From assembly GCA_934099115.1 (NCBI GenBank), contig CAKOPK010000004.1:13752-77751 (forward strand): a stretch of 64,000 bases of DNA. Reading direction: 5' to 3'. A program made the translations under genes and the position numbers. The notes beneath the pieces were generated by a model. The model had not been told where the DNA came from. It saw only the letters and a program-made list of their open reading frames with translations, and ran no database searches. The first letter of the stretch is position 1; each line of letters begins with the position of its first letter. Origin of the DNA: an uncultured Bacilli bacterium (lineage in GTDB: Bacteria; Bacillota_I; Bacilli_A; RF39; UBA660). Positions 1-7,675 of the stretch are shown piece by piece.

Positions 1-105
1 TTGCATAGATTTAACCCATCTTTTTATAAATTTTTCTTCATTTTTACATATTCCATATACACAGACTTTATATTTATTCAAAAATATTCACCCATAAAAC
101 TATAT

Positions 106-135
106 GCAAAAGAAAAGATTATTTTAGCAATAATC
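106..135 (-). terminator. Rho-independent terminator downstream of the collagen-like gene
   Basis: Minus-strand hairpin GATTATT-gctaa-AATAATC (117-135) followed by a TTTTCTTTT run. Confidence 0.6.
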
Positions 136-1185
136 TTAACCTCTACCTAAATATTCTATAATTATACTTACTGGCATGTTTATAAAATGAGAATTTGAAT
201 TAATATTCTTATTTACTGGTGTTTTTAAGTAAATTCTTCTATTGGTTAAATTTACTAGTTCATAAGGAGTTGCTACATCATTTACCGTTAATATTCCTTG
301 ACCTATTATAGGATATGATAATTCATCATATATCCACTGGCTTCCTCCTATATAGATATTATCTGTATCTACTGCTCGAAAGCCAATCGAAACAAAATCT
401 ACCTCTGGATCAAAGTCTGTATTAAAATATGGTACATAAGCATTAACTATAAAACTGATTTTATAATAACCAATTTTAGAAAATTTAATTGTATTATCAT
501 CGGTATTAATAGTGCATATCATGTCAGTATCTATTTCTTTTCTTGTTAGAGGCAAACGTTCTTTAACTTCTACTTTATATGCATTTTCATTATTTTTAAA
601 GAATGTTACTACATAGCAGGCATTAATTTTATAAGGGCCTGCTGGACCAGTAGGTCCTACTTCCCCTTGTATTCCTTGGGGGCCTCTGATTGGTCCTACA
701 TTTTTCCAATCTTGATCAGTTTCCGACCAAACATATAAATCATTGCCTACTAAATAAGAATCTCCAACATTTCCTTGTGGTACTTTCGTTTTTAAGTCTA
801 AAATTGTATCATAAGAGCCTAAAATGGTTGTACTGGCTCCATCTTTACCGGCAGGACCTGCTGGGCCTGCTGGACCGGTTGCTCCTGTTAGTCCAGTTAA
901 TCCCGGAACTCCTTGAATGCCTGGTTCTCCCTTTTCTCCTTTAGCTCCAACTTCCCCTGCTGGAATATAAAAATCTAGAACAACATCTTTTTCTGTTCCA
1001 ACATTTATTACTTCGGCATCATTACCTGCAGCAGTAGTAGTGACACTTCCTACCTTAATGGATGTTGCAGATGGTCCTGTGGGTCCTGTTGGTCCAGTAG
1101 GTCCATAACAAGAATAAGATATCGGTCCATGTTCTTTTTGATAACATTTTATTTTTTGCTCTGCTTTTTTGATATTTTGGTTCAT
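136..1185 (-). CDS. Collagen-like triple-helix repeat protein with a globular C-terminal domain (BclA-like spore/surface glycoprotein candidate)
   Basis: Three G-X-Y tracts (GPTGPTGPTGP; GEKGEPGIQGVPGLTGLTGATGPAGPAGPAGKDG; GPIRGPQGIQGEVGPTGPAGP). These are followed by about 170 aa of non-repetitive sequence. GGAG RBS upstream of the ATG. Confidence 0.8.
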   Translation of the reverse strand: MNQNIKKAEQKIKCYQKEHGPISYSCYGPTGPTGPTGPSATSIKVGSVTTTAAGNDAEVINVGTEKDVVLDFYIPAGEVGAKGEKGEPGIQGVPGLTGLTGATGPAGPAGPAGKDGASTTILGSYDTILDLKTKVPQGNVGDSYLVGNDLYVWSETDQDWKNVGPIRGPQGIQGEVGPTGPAGPYKINACYVVTFFKNNENAYKVEVKERLPLTRKEIDTDMICTINTDDNTIKFSKIGYYKISFIVNAYVPYFNTDFDPEVDFVSIGFRAVDTDNIYIGGSQWIYDELSYPIIGQGILTVNDVATPYELVNLTNRRIYLKTPVNKNINSNSHFINMPVSIIIEYLGRG

Positions 1186-1319
1186 AAAATTCTCCTTTCT
1201 CTACTATAGTATGATAATCTAAAAAATCTAACATTACTTTTGACTATATTTCCTATTCCTAAAGGAAATTTTATTGTTTTTAAGCAAAAGATGGCTAATT
1301 TCTTAGTCATCTAATTAAT

Positions 1320-2732
1320 TTAAAATCTAAAATAGATAAAAGGATTATAACTGGAACTTGTAAGACAAACAATACATATTCCAAATAATATTAATAATAT
1401 TATATTTATTATTATTGTATATAAAGCTTTACTAGAATATTTCTTTTCTATAATTTTAATTATTGGAAAAGATAATATAAATGCTGGTAGTATATAAATA
1501 AGTGAATTAAACGTTGAAAGATTATTTGCCAAAATAGTTAACCAATCAGTTTCCTTATATATAAACATTGTTTTTATAAATAATAAAAGTTCATTTAAAG
1601 AATTTGATCTAAATATCATCCATCCTATCATTATTATAATAAATGCATATAACCAGTTTATGAATGCTGGTAATTTTTTTAAAACTTTATTAAAAAATAA
1701 TTTTTCAAATAATAATAATAATCCATAGTATAATCCCCAAATTACAAAGTTCCAAGCAGCTCCATGCCAAAGACCTGTTAATATCCATACTAATAAGATA
1801 TTTCTGATCCATTTTAATTTACTTACTCTATTTCCCCCTAAAGGAATATAAATATAATCTCTAAACCAAGTAGATAATGACATATGCCATCTTCGCCAAA
1901 ATTCTGTTACAGATTTAGATATATAGGGATAATCAAAATTTTCTAGAAAATGAAAGCCAAATATTCTTCCTAAACCTATAGCCATATCACTATATCCTGA
2001 AAAATCAAAATATATTTGTAGAGTATATGCTAGAGTTCCTAACCAAATTATAGAGGTTCCATAACTAACATTATGACTATTAAAGACTAAATCTGCTAGT
2101 AAAGCCATTTGATTGGCTATAATAACTTTTTTAGATAAACCTATAATAAATCTCTTTGTTCCTTTAATAACATCTTCTTTTGTTTCTTTTCTATTATCGA
2201 TTTCATCTTCAACTGTTTCGTATCTAACTATTGGTCCCGCTATTAATTGAGGAAATAATGATACATATAAAGCAAGTGAAAAATAATTTTTTTGTAATTT
2301 TATTTTCTTATTATATAAATCTATTATATATGATAATATTTGAAAAGTATAAAAGCTTATACCAATTGGCATTATAACATTTAATAAATTAAATTTTGTT
2401 TTAAAAAGAGAGTTTACATTTTCTATTAAGAAATTGCTATATTTAAAAAATAATAAACTTCCTAATACTAATATAATACATATTATTAAGCTTGCTTTTT
2501 TTAAGCCTTTTTTATTTTCTTGATCAAATTTATCTATTAATATGCCAAAGAAATATACAATAAGTATTGTAAGTAGCATTAGTAGAATATACTTTGGTTC
2601 TCCCCAAGCATAAAATATTAAGGAAAAAATTAATAATATTATATTTTTATATTTTCTATTTTTTATTATAAAATAAAGTATTAATAATATTGGTAAAAAT
2701 CCAAATAAGAATGTTAAACTACTAAATAACAT
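1320..2732 (-). CDS. MBOAT-family membrane O-acyltransferase (AlgI/PatA/DltB class)
   Basis: 470-aa polytopic protein with the family signature FWRRWHMSLSTWFRDYIYIPLGGNR, including the conserved His. Confidence 0.85.
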   Translation of the reverse strand: MLFSSLTFLFGFLPILLILYFIIKNRKYKNIILLIFSLIFYAWGEPKYILLMLLTILIVYFFGILIDKFDQENKKGLKKASLIICIILVLGSLLFFKYSNFLIENVNSLFKTKFNLLNVIMPIGISFYTFQILSYIIDLYNKKIKLQKNYFSLALYVSLFPQLIAGPIVRYETVEDEIDNRKETKEDVIKGTKRFIIGLSKKVIIANQMALLADLVFNSHNVSYGTSIIWLGTLAYTLQIYFDFSGYSDMAIGLGRIFGFHFLENFDYPYISKSVTEFWRRWHMSLSTWFRDYIYIPLGGNRVSKLKWIRNILLVWILTGLWHGAAWNFVIWGLYYGLLLLFEKLFFNKVLKKLPAFINWLYAFIIIMIGWMIFRSNSLNELLLFIKTMFIYKETDWLTILANNLSTFNSLIYILPAFILSFPIIKIIEKKYSSKALYTIIINIILLILFGICIVCLTSSSYNPFIYFRF

Positions 2733-2733
2733 G

Positions 2734-3930
2734 TTATACCTCCAAGTTAAATGTACTTATTGCAAAGTAATCTTTATTACCAATTAATAGTACTTTATCA
2801 ATATTGTTCTTTTTTAAATATTCTTTATAATTAAATTCTTGATTATTTTCTCTGGCATAATTTCTAAGGTCTATGGAATAAGTTTTATTAAAATGACTTG
2901 CTAACAACTTTAATAAAGCATTATCGTATGATTCTCCTATAATTAAAATATTTTCTTTTGTTTTATCATGATTATCAAAAATAATTTCACCGTTATCTCC
3001 ACCATAAAAGCTTCCATATGTCACATACGCTTCTGGTTTTTGTAAGTGATATTCTTGATTTCCATAATCTTCTTTTTCTCCATTTATAAATATATCGTAG
3101 TCTGGAAAATCAAATTCATATGCACAAAATTCTTCTTTATAAAAACGGGATGCTCCACTAAAATTTGCTTTCGATCCACTAAAGTTACTATTTAAGCAAA
3201 CTGCATTTATATATTTTAAAGGTTCATCATTAGTTAATATTTTAACAAGTTCTGTATAGGCTAAATACGATCCTTTATAATTCCAGTGATGATCTGTCTT
3301 ATAAAATCTATCTTTAAATTCTCCAAAGTTATTTATCTCATACTTATATATTTTATCTGTATGAATATTTGCTTTTAAATACTCAAATATACCTGTTTTT
3401 TCATTAGTAGTAAAATTTATATCTGTGTCTTTTTCAATATAATATATATAGGTATCAATTGTTGTATTTGCTATAGCTTTATTTATATTTTCTATTCGTT
3501 CATCGTAGGCTGATTTAGCATCTGTAATATAACTTGGAAGATATACTAAATTTTTATCACAGCCAAAACTGACTGTAGATGATCCTAAACTTATATATCT
3601 ATTACTGCAATTGTTTTTAAAGCCAATATCTGATACCATATTACTAGTTACGTTATGTAAAAAATTATAACCCTTTTTCATAACTGTTGCTAAAGGTATC
3701 TGATCGGAAAATGCTAATTCTACTTCGTCTTGAAAAGATTTATCTAATATCTTCTTCAGGCTTATCTTAGGCATTTTATATGCCGTTCTATTTTCATAAT
3801 AATTTATATCATCAGCATTTAATAATGAATTTAATAAGCCAACAAAAATAATTAGAAATACCATTATTATAAAAATATCATTTACTATTTTTTTGCTATC
3901 TCGGTTCTTAATTTTAAATAACTTCTTCAT
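2734..3930 (-). CDS. DHHW-motif protein, extracytoplasmic partner of MBOAT O-acetyltransferases (AlgX/AlgJ/PatB-like)
   Basis: N-terminal membrane anchor and the literal motif KTDHHWN. Lies 1 nt upstream of the MBOAT gene. Confidence 0.75.
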   Translation of the reverse strand: MKKLFKIKNRDSKKIVNDIFIIMVFLIIFVGLLNSLLNADDINYYENRTAYKMPKISLKKILDKSFQDEVELAFSDQIPLATVMKKGYNFLHNVTSNMVSDIGFKNNCSNRYISLGSSTVSFGCDKNLVYLPSYITDAKSAYDERIENINKAIANTTIDTYIYYIEKDTDINFTTNEKTGIFEYLKANIHTDKIYKYEINNFGEFKDRFYKTDHHWNYKGSYLAYTELVKILTNDEPLKYINAVCLNSNFSGSKANFSGASRFYKEEFCAYEFDFPDYDIFINGEKEDYGNQEYHLQKPEAYVTYGSFYGGDNGEIIFDNHDKTKENILIIGESYDNALLKLLASHFNKTYSIDLRNYARENNQEFNYKEYLKKNNIDKVLLIGNKDYFAISTFNLEV

Positions 3931-4036
3931 TTTTAAGCCCTCCTAATTTTTAGCTAAGTCAATTATAACAAAAACACTCTTAAAAAGGAAGCTTTTCCAG
4001 GCTTTTATTTTATTAAATTATACTTTTTACTAACTT

Positions 4037-4062
4037 TTAAAAAAGGACTAAATTATAGTCCT
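4037..4062 (-). terminator. Rho-independent terminator ending the T4SS-like operon
   Basis: Minus-strand hairpin AGGACTA-taatt-TAGTCCT overlaps the VirB4 stop codon and is followed by TTTTT. Confidence 0.6.
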
Positions 4063-5837
4063 CCTCCAGATCCAAAAGAATCTAATTCTTCTTGAGTTAC
4101 AACAACATTAATTCTCATTCTACGATTACCACAGATAAATAATGCTTCTCCTTGATTATAGTATTTAATACTATCTTTTTCAGATTCATTTAAATCAATT
4201 AATTTTGCTAAATCATCTACTGCTTGTTTTCTAAGTCCCATTACTAAATAATAAGATGCATTATCAAAGATAGCTTTTCCATGTACAATCATATTAGGAG
4301 CTGCAAAGTCTGTTGGTTGTTGGGTTATAATAATTGTTCCTGTATTATATTTTCTAGAACGTCTTTGAATTTGTGCTAAAAATTCTGCTCCAAGCTCATT
4401 TCTACTAGATAATAAAACATGGGCCTCATCAACCATCATAACAGTGTTAATATCTTTATCTAAACATAAGCCCCAGGCATATTTTAAAATATTAAAGAAT
4501 AAAGCATTTTTAATATTTTCTTCACTATTCATTAACTCTTTAATATTAAATACTATAAAGTCACTAGTAAATCTTAGGGTTGTATGGCCTGTAAAATAAT
4601 ACCTTAACTCTTTGGTTAATGGTCTAATTTTTAACTCTAAACGTTCAATAACATCTCTTTCTCTTGTAGCATCTGGCATAGATAATATTCTACCTTTTAT
4701 AGTTGCATATACATCATCAAATGTTGGATAATCTTCACTACTAAAGTTTCTAAAATCTGTATTAAAATCTATTTTATAACGTTTATATGTATCTTGAACA
4801 ATTTCACTAAACATCGTTAAGACATCTGCTTCAATATCAGGATATAAGTATTTCATAAACGCATTTAATTGTTGTAAAGTACGAGTTAAAATTGTATATC
4901 CTAATCCTTGAGCAATTTCTTCTTCATCAGCATCTACTACGACTTCTAGAGGGTTAATCATTCCAAAGTCTCCGCCTTTTCCTAAATCTAAGAAATCTCC
5001 TCCTAGTCCTCTTGCCATTTCTTCTAATTCACCCTCAGGATCAATACAAACTACTTTGCATCCATTTCTTAAATGGGTTCTTAATAATAATTTAGCAGCT
5101 GTTGATTTTCCAGAACCAGATGTACCTAATAAAATCATATTCGCATTATTACGGTTAAACTCTTTTTTGATTTGATATAAGAATTGATTAAATAAAACTA
5201 CTCCTCCAGAAAAATCTACACCAAATAGAGTTGCATTTCCTGGGTCTTTGATACTGTCAAATACAAACGGATACATGGCTGCTACTGTAACAGAAGGAAT
5301 TGGAGTACCTATTCTATCTTCTATATCTTGTTTTGGGAATATTGGAATAATTGATTTTAATACTTTTTCTTGTTCAAACATTAAACTTATTCCACGCATT
5401 CCTAAAGCATCTAAATAAGTACGTACTTGCATTTTTTTAATTTCTAAATCTTCTTTAGAATCTGCACTAATCATTACATGCATTTGAAAATCAAAAATAC
5501 GGGCTTGAGTAGCTGCTAACATAGAAATAAATTGTTCTAAAGATTCATAATCTTGACGTATTCTTTCTTGAATTGTACGGTCTCTTTCACTTTGATAACG
5601 CATTTTTAAATCTGCTATTTCTTTATTTAACATTTTTTGTAAAGTACTAAATTCAATAGGAATATGTTTAATTGCTACTTTAACTCCACTAATGCTTGTT
5701 ATATCAGATAGGTATCCAACATAAACACTTTTTGGAAAACTAATAATTGTCATTATTGTACAGTATTTACCTCCTAAAGTAAATTCTGTAGGTTTAAACT
5801 CCATTCCTTTAGGAGCTACTTCACTTTTTAAACTCAT
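4053..5837 (-). CDS. VirB4-family type IV secretion ATPase (main body)
   Basis: Walker A LGTSGSGKST, Walker B MMVDEAHVLL and the IIITQQPTDF motif. The N-terminal region (APKGMEFKPTEFTLGGKYCTIMTIISFPKSVYVGYLSDI) is typical of Gram-positive VirB4/TrsE/PrgJ-type proteins. Confidence 0.85.
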   Translation of the reverse strand: MSLKSEVAPKGMEFKPTEFTLGGKYCTIMTIISFPKSVYVGYLSDITSISGVKVAIKHIPIEFSTLQKMLNKEIADLKMRYQSERDRTIQERIRQDYESLEQFISMLAATQARIFDFQMHVMISADSKEDLEIKKMQVRTYLDALGMRGISLMFEQEKVLKSIIPIFPKQDIEDRIGTPIPSVTVAAMYPFVFDSIKDPGNATLFGVDFSGGVVLFNQFLYQIKKEFNRNNANMILLGTSGSGKSTAAKLLLRTHLRNGCKVVCIDPEGELEEMARGLGGDFLDLGKGGDFGMINPLEVVVDADEEEIAQGLGYTILTRTLQQLNAFMKYLYPDIEADVLTMFSEIVQDTYKRYKIDFNTDFRNFSSEDYPTFDDVYATIKGRILSMPDATRERDVIERLELKIRPLTKELRYYFTGHTTLRFTSDFIVFNIKELMNSEENIKNALFFNILKYAWGLCLDKDINTVMMVDEAHVLLSSRNELGAEFLAQIQRRSRKYNTGTIIITQQPTDFAAPNMIVHGKAIFDNASYYLVMGLRKQAVDDLAKLIDLNESEKDSIKYYNQGEALFICGNRRMRINVVVTQEELDSFGSGGGL

Positions 5838-6385
5838 TAGTTCATCACCGTCCCAAAATTCGTATGAGTTCCTCCGTTTAAGAAATTATCTAAAATCATT
5901 CTTAAATCATCATTTGATGTTTGTGTAGAATTTAAGCCAGAATTGGCAAGGCCACTAATTAAAGTGTGTAATTTCTTTTGAATTAGTTCCATTCTTTTTT
6001 CTTTAAATAAAATAAAATATTCGGTATCTACAACGTTATACTCTGCACTCATAAACATATTTGCTTTATTAATGTCTTGCATAATTAATTTCTTACTAAC
6101 AGGACTATTCGTGTTGTTATATAAAATTTGTAATTGCGATAAATAAATGCCAATATCTACTGGACGATCTGCTATAATTAGCCAAAATTCAAAGTTAATT
6201 GAATTATAAAAGTTTCTTAAATTACCAATAATCGCATTTTGTAAGCCTTGGTCAACAATAAAGATATTTCTAGATTGTACTTTAACTCCTGTTACATATT
6301 CTCCATTGTCTAGTTGAATCATACCATTTAAAATTTGCTTAATTGGTAACCAATCCTCACTATATCCATAATTACTTGTCTTCAT
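5837..6385 (-). CDS. Separate ORF corresponding to the N-terminal extension of Gram-positive VirB4 proteins
   Basis: The LPIKQILNGMIQLDNGEYVTGVKV... segment resembles the first 200 aa or so of Tn916-Orf16-type VirB4. Its stop overlaps the next start as TAATG. I prefer the ATG at 6385, preceded by GGAGAGG, over the track start at 6442. Confidence 0.5.
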   Translation of the reverse strand: MKTSNYGYSEDWLPIKQILNGMIQLDNGEYVTGVKVQSRNIFIVDQGLQNAIIGNLRNFYNSINFEFWLIIADRPVDIGIYLSQLQILYNNTNSPVSKKLIMQDINKANMFMSAEYNVVDTEYFILFKEKRMELIQKKLHTLISGLANSGLNSTQTSNDDLRMILDNFLNGGTHTNFGTVMN

Positions 6386-6686
6386 CACGACACCAACCTC
6401 TCCAAACATATCTTCTTTTTTCACTAAAGAATGTATATACATTTACTATAAATTGTAAAACATTATGATAATTAGGTACAGGCATTACCAAAAAGCCTGT
6501 TAATAGTGCGGGTGCTAGAATTAATATCATGACTATAATATTGGTACTTTTAATGGTTAATAATAAAACTAAAGTAATTAAAATACCAATACCAAATAAG
6601 CATGCATCAAAAAGATTTAAAAATCCTAAAATTAACTGTGATTTCTTAGAATTAGCGGGTATTAAATAATTATTCATGAATTCCAC
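6372..6686 (-). CDS. Small two-TM membrane protein, VirB3/PrgI/TcpE-like
   Basis: 104 aa with two hydrophobic helices, placed immediately upstream of VirB4 as in Gram-positive T4SS operons. AGGAG RBS. Confidence 0.5.
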   Translation of the reverse strand: MEFMNNYLIPANSKKSQLILGFLNLFDACLFGIGILITLVLLLTIKSTNIIVMILILAPALLTGFLVMPVPNYHNVLQFIVNVYTFFSEKRRYVWRGWCRDEDK

Positions 6687-6752
6687 TCCTATTTTTACTA
6701 CTTCATTATATCATAACTAAAAAATAAAATAAACAAAAAAGATACTGTTATA

Positions 6753-6990
6753 GTTTTAATTACGGTTGAATTAAAACATCAGTATCACATGTTTTAGCAA
6801 TTGCTATAGATTAATCTTGTATCCTAGTTCTTTATATTTAGCCTTAACCAAATATGTAAGTTTTAAAAGGATATTGGGCGCACACCATTCGTGTTGTTCA
6901 CGTTGTTCCAGTCGAGGTTGCTTTGAACACGAACGCACTTTCCGTTAGAGTTTAAGATATACGGAGACAAAAGTGTCAACTCTGTTAGAT
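6753..6990. promoter_or_regulatory. GC-rich structured intergenic element (candidate leader RNA, ncRNA or oriT-like site)
   Basis: A 308-nt gap in an otherwise overlapping operon. The core at 6868-6990 is visibly GC-richer than its surroundings. There is a 10-bp inverted repeat (6886-6895 / 6926-6935) and a hairpin GTTTTAATT...AATTAAAAC (6753-6777). Confidence 0.35.
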
Positions 6991-6994
6991 TAAC

Positions 6995-7675
6995 CTAAAA
7001 TTTTCTTTTTGCTTGATTATATTCTATGTTTTGTTTTTTAACTTCTAAATCTTCTTCAACTTTTTCTAAGTTTATTACATATGCAATAGCTTTTTCATTT
7101 CTATCTCTTAGTAATTCTCCATCATTTCCTAGAATTAATTCTATATTTTCTGGAGCTCCTATAATATTTCTTGATGTTCCATTTTTAATTCTTATGAGAT
7201 TAGCCATTTTGCAATTGCCAAATATTATTATGTAATGCTTTGAAATAATATCTGTTTGTATTTGTTTTTTTAAAAGTTGTAGGCGATCTAAGTTCTCTAA
7301 AGCTTGATAAAATAATTTAAACTCATTATTATTTTGAAAAATTATGCCAGAATAATTTGCAAAAGATTTTGCAGTCGCTTCTTTTGCTTTACCGAGTTCT
7401 AATCCTTGGGATAAAAACAGAGATATCTGTTTATAATAATTGGGAGTATTATAATATTTTAAAAATTCATTTATATTTTTATAAGAATATAATCCGCTTG
7501 TAAAAGTTGTCAATTCTTTTTCAATATCTTGATATGATCGGTCATTTTTCCAAACATTGGTTATATTTGTAATATATTCTAAAATTGTATTTAGAATTTT
7601 TAAATTTATTTCATCTGATATTTCTACACCATGTGCCCAATTATAAATTGCTTCTTTTTGCCTTTTAAAGAACAT
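6995..7675 (-). CDS. Hypothetical cytoplasmic protein in the T4SS-like operon
   Basis: 226-aa ORF with no TM segments. Its start overlaps the upstream stop as TAATG. I recognise no family. Confidence 0.5.
   Translation of the reverse strand: MFFKRQKEAIYNWAHGVEISDEINLKILNTILEYITNITNVWKNDRSYQDIEKELTTFTSGLYSYKNINEFLKYYNTPNYYKQISLFLSQGLELGKAKEATAKSFANYSGIIFQNNNEFKLFYQALENLDRLQLLKKQIQTDIISKHYIIIFGNCKMANLIRIKNGTSRNIIGAPENIELILGNDGELLRDRNEKAIAYVINLEKVEEDLEVKKQNIEYNQAKRKF

Noticed and set aside
690-944. 84-aa plus-strand ORF inside the collagen-like gene
   Set aside because: It is the antisense reading of the G-X-Y repeat region and gives a Leu-rich low-complexity product with no RBS. It is a shadow ORF.
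5837-6442. Track start at 6442 for the VirB4 N-terminal ORF
   Set aside because: It would overlap the VirB3-like gene by 71 nt. The internal ATG at 6385, preceded by GGAGAGG, gives a 14-nt overlap and is more plausible.
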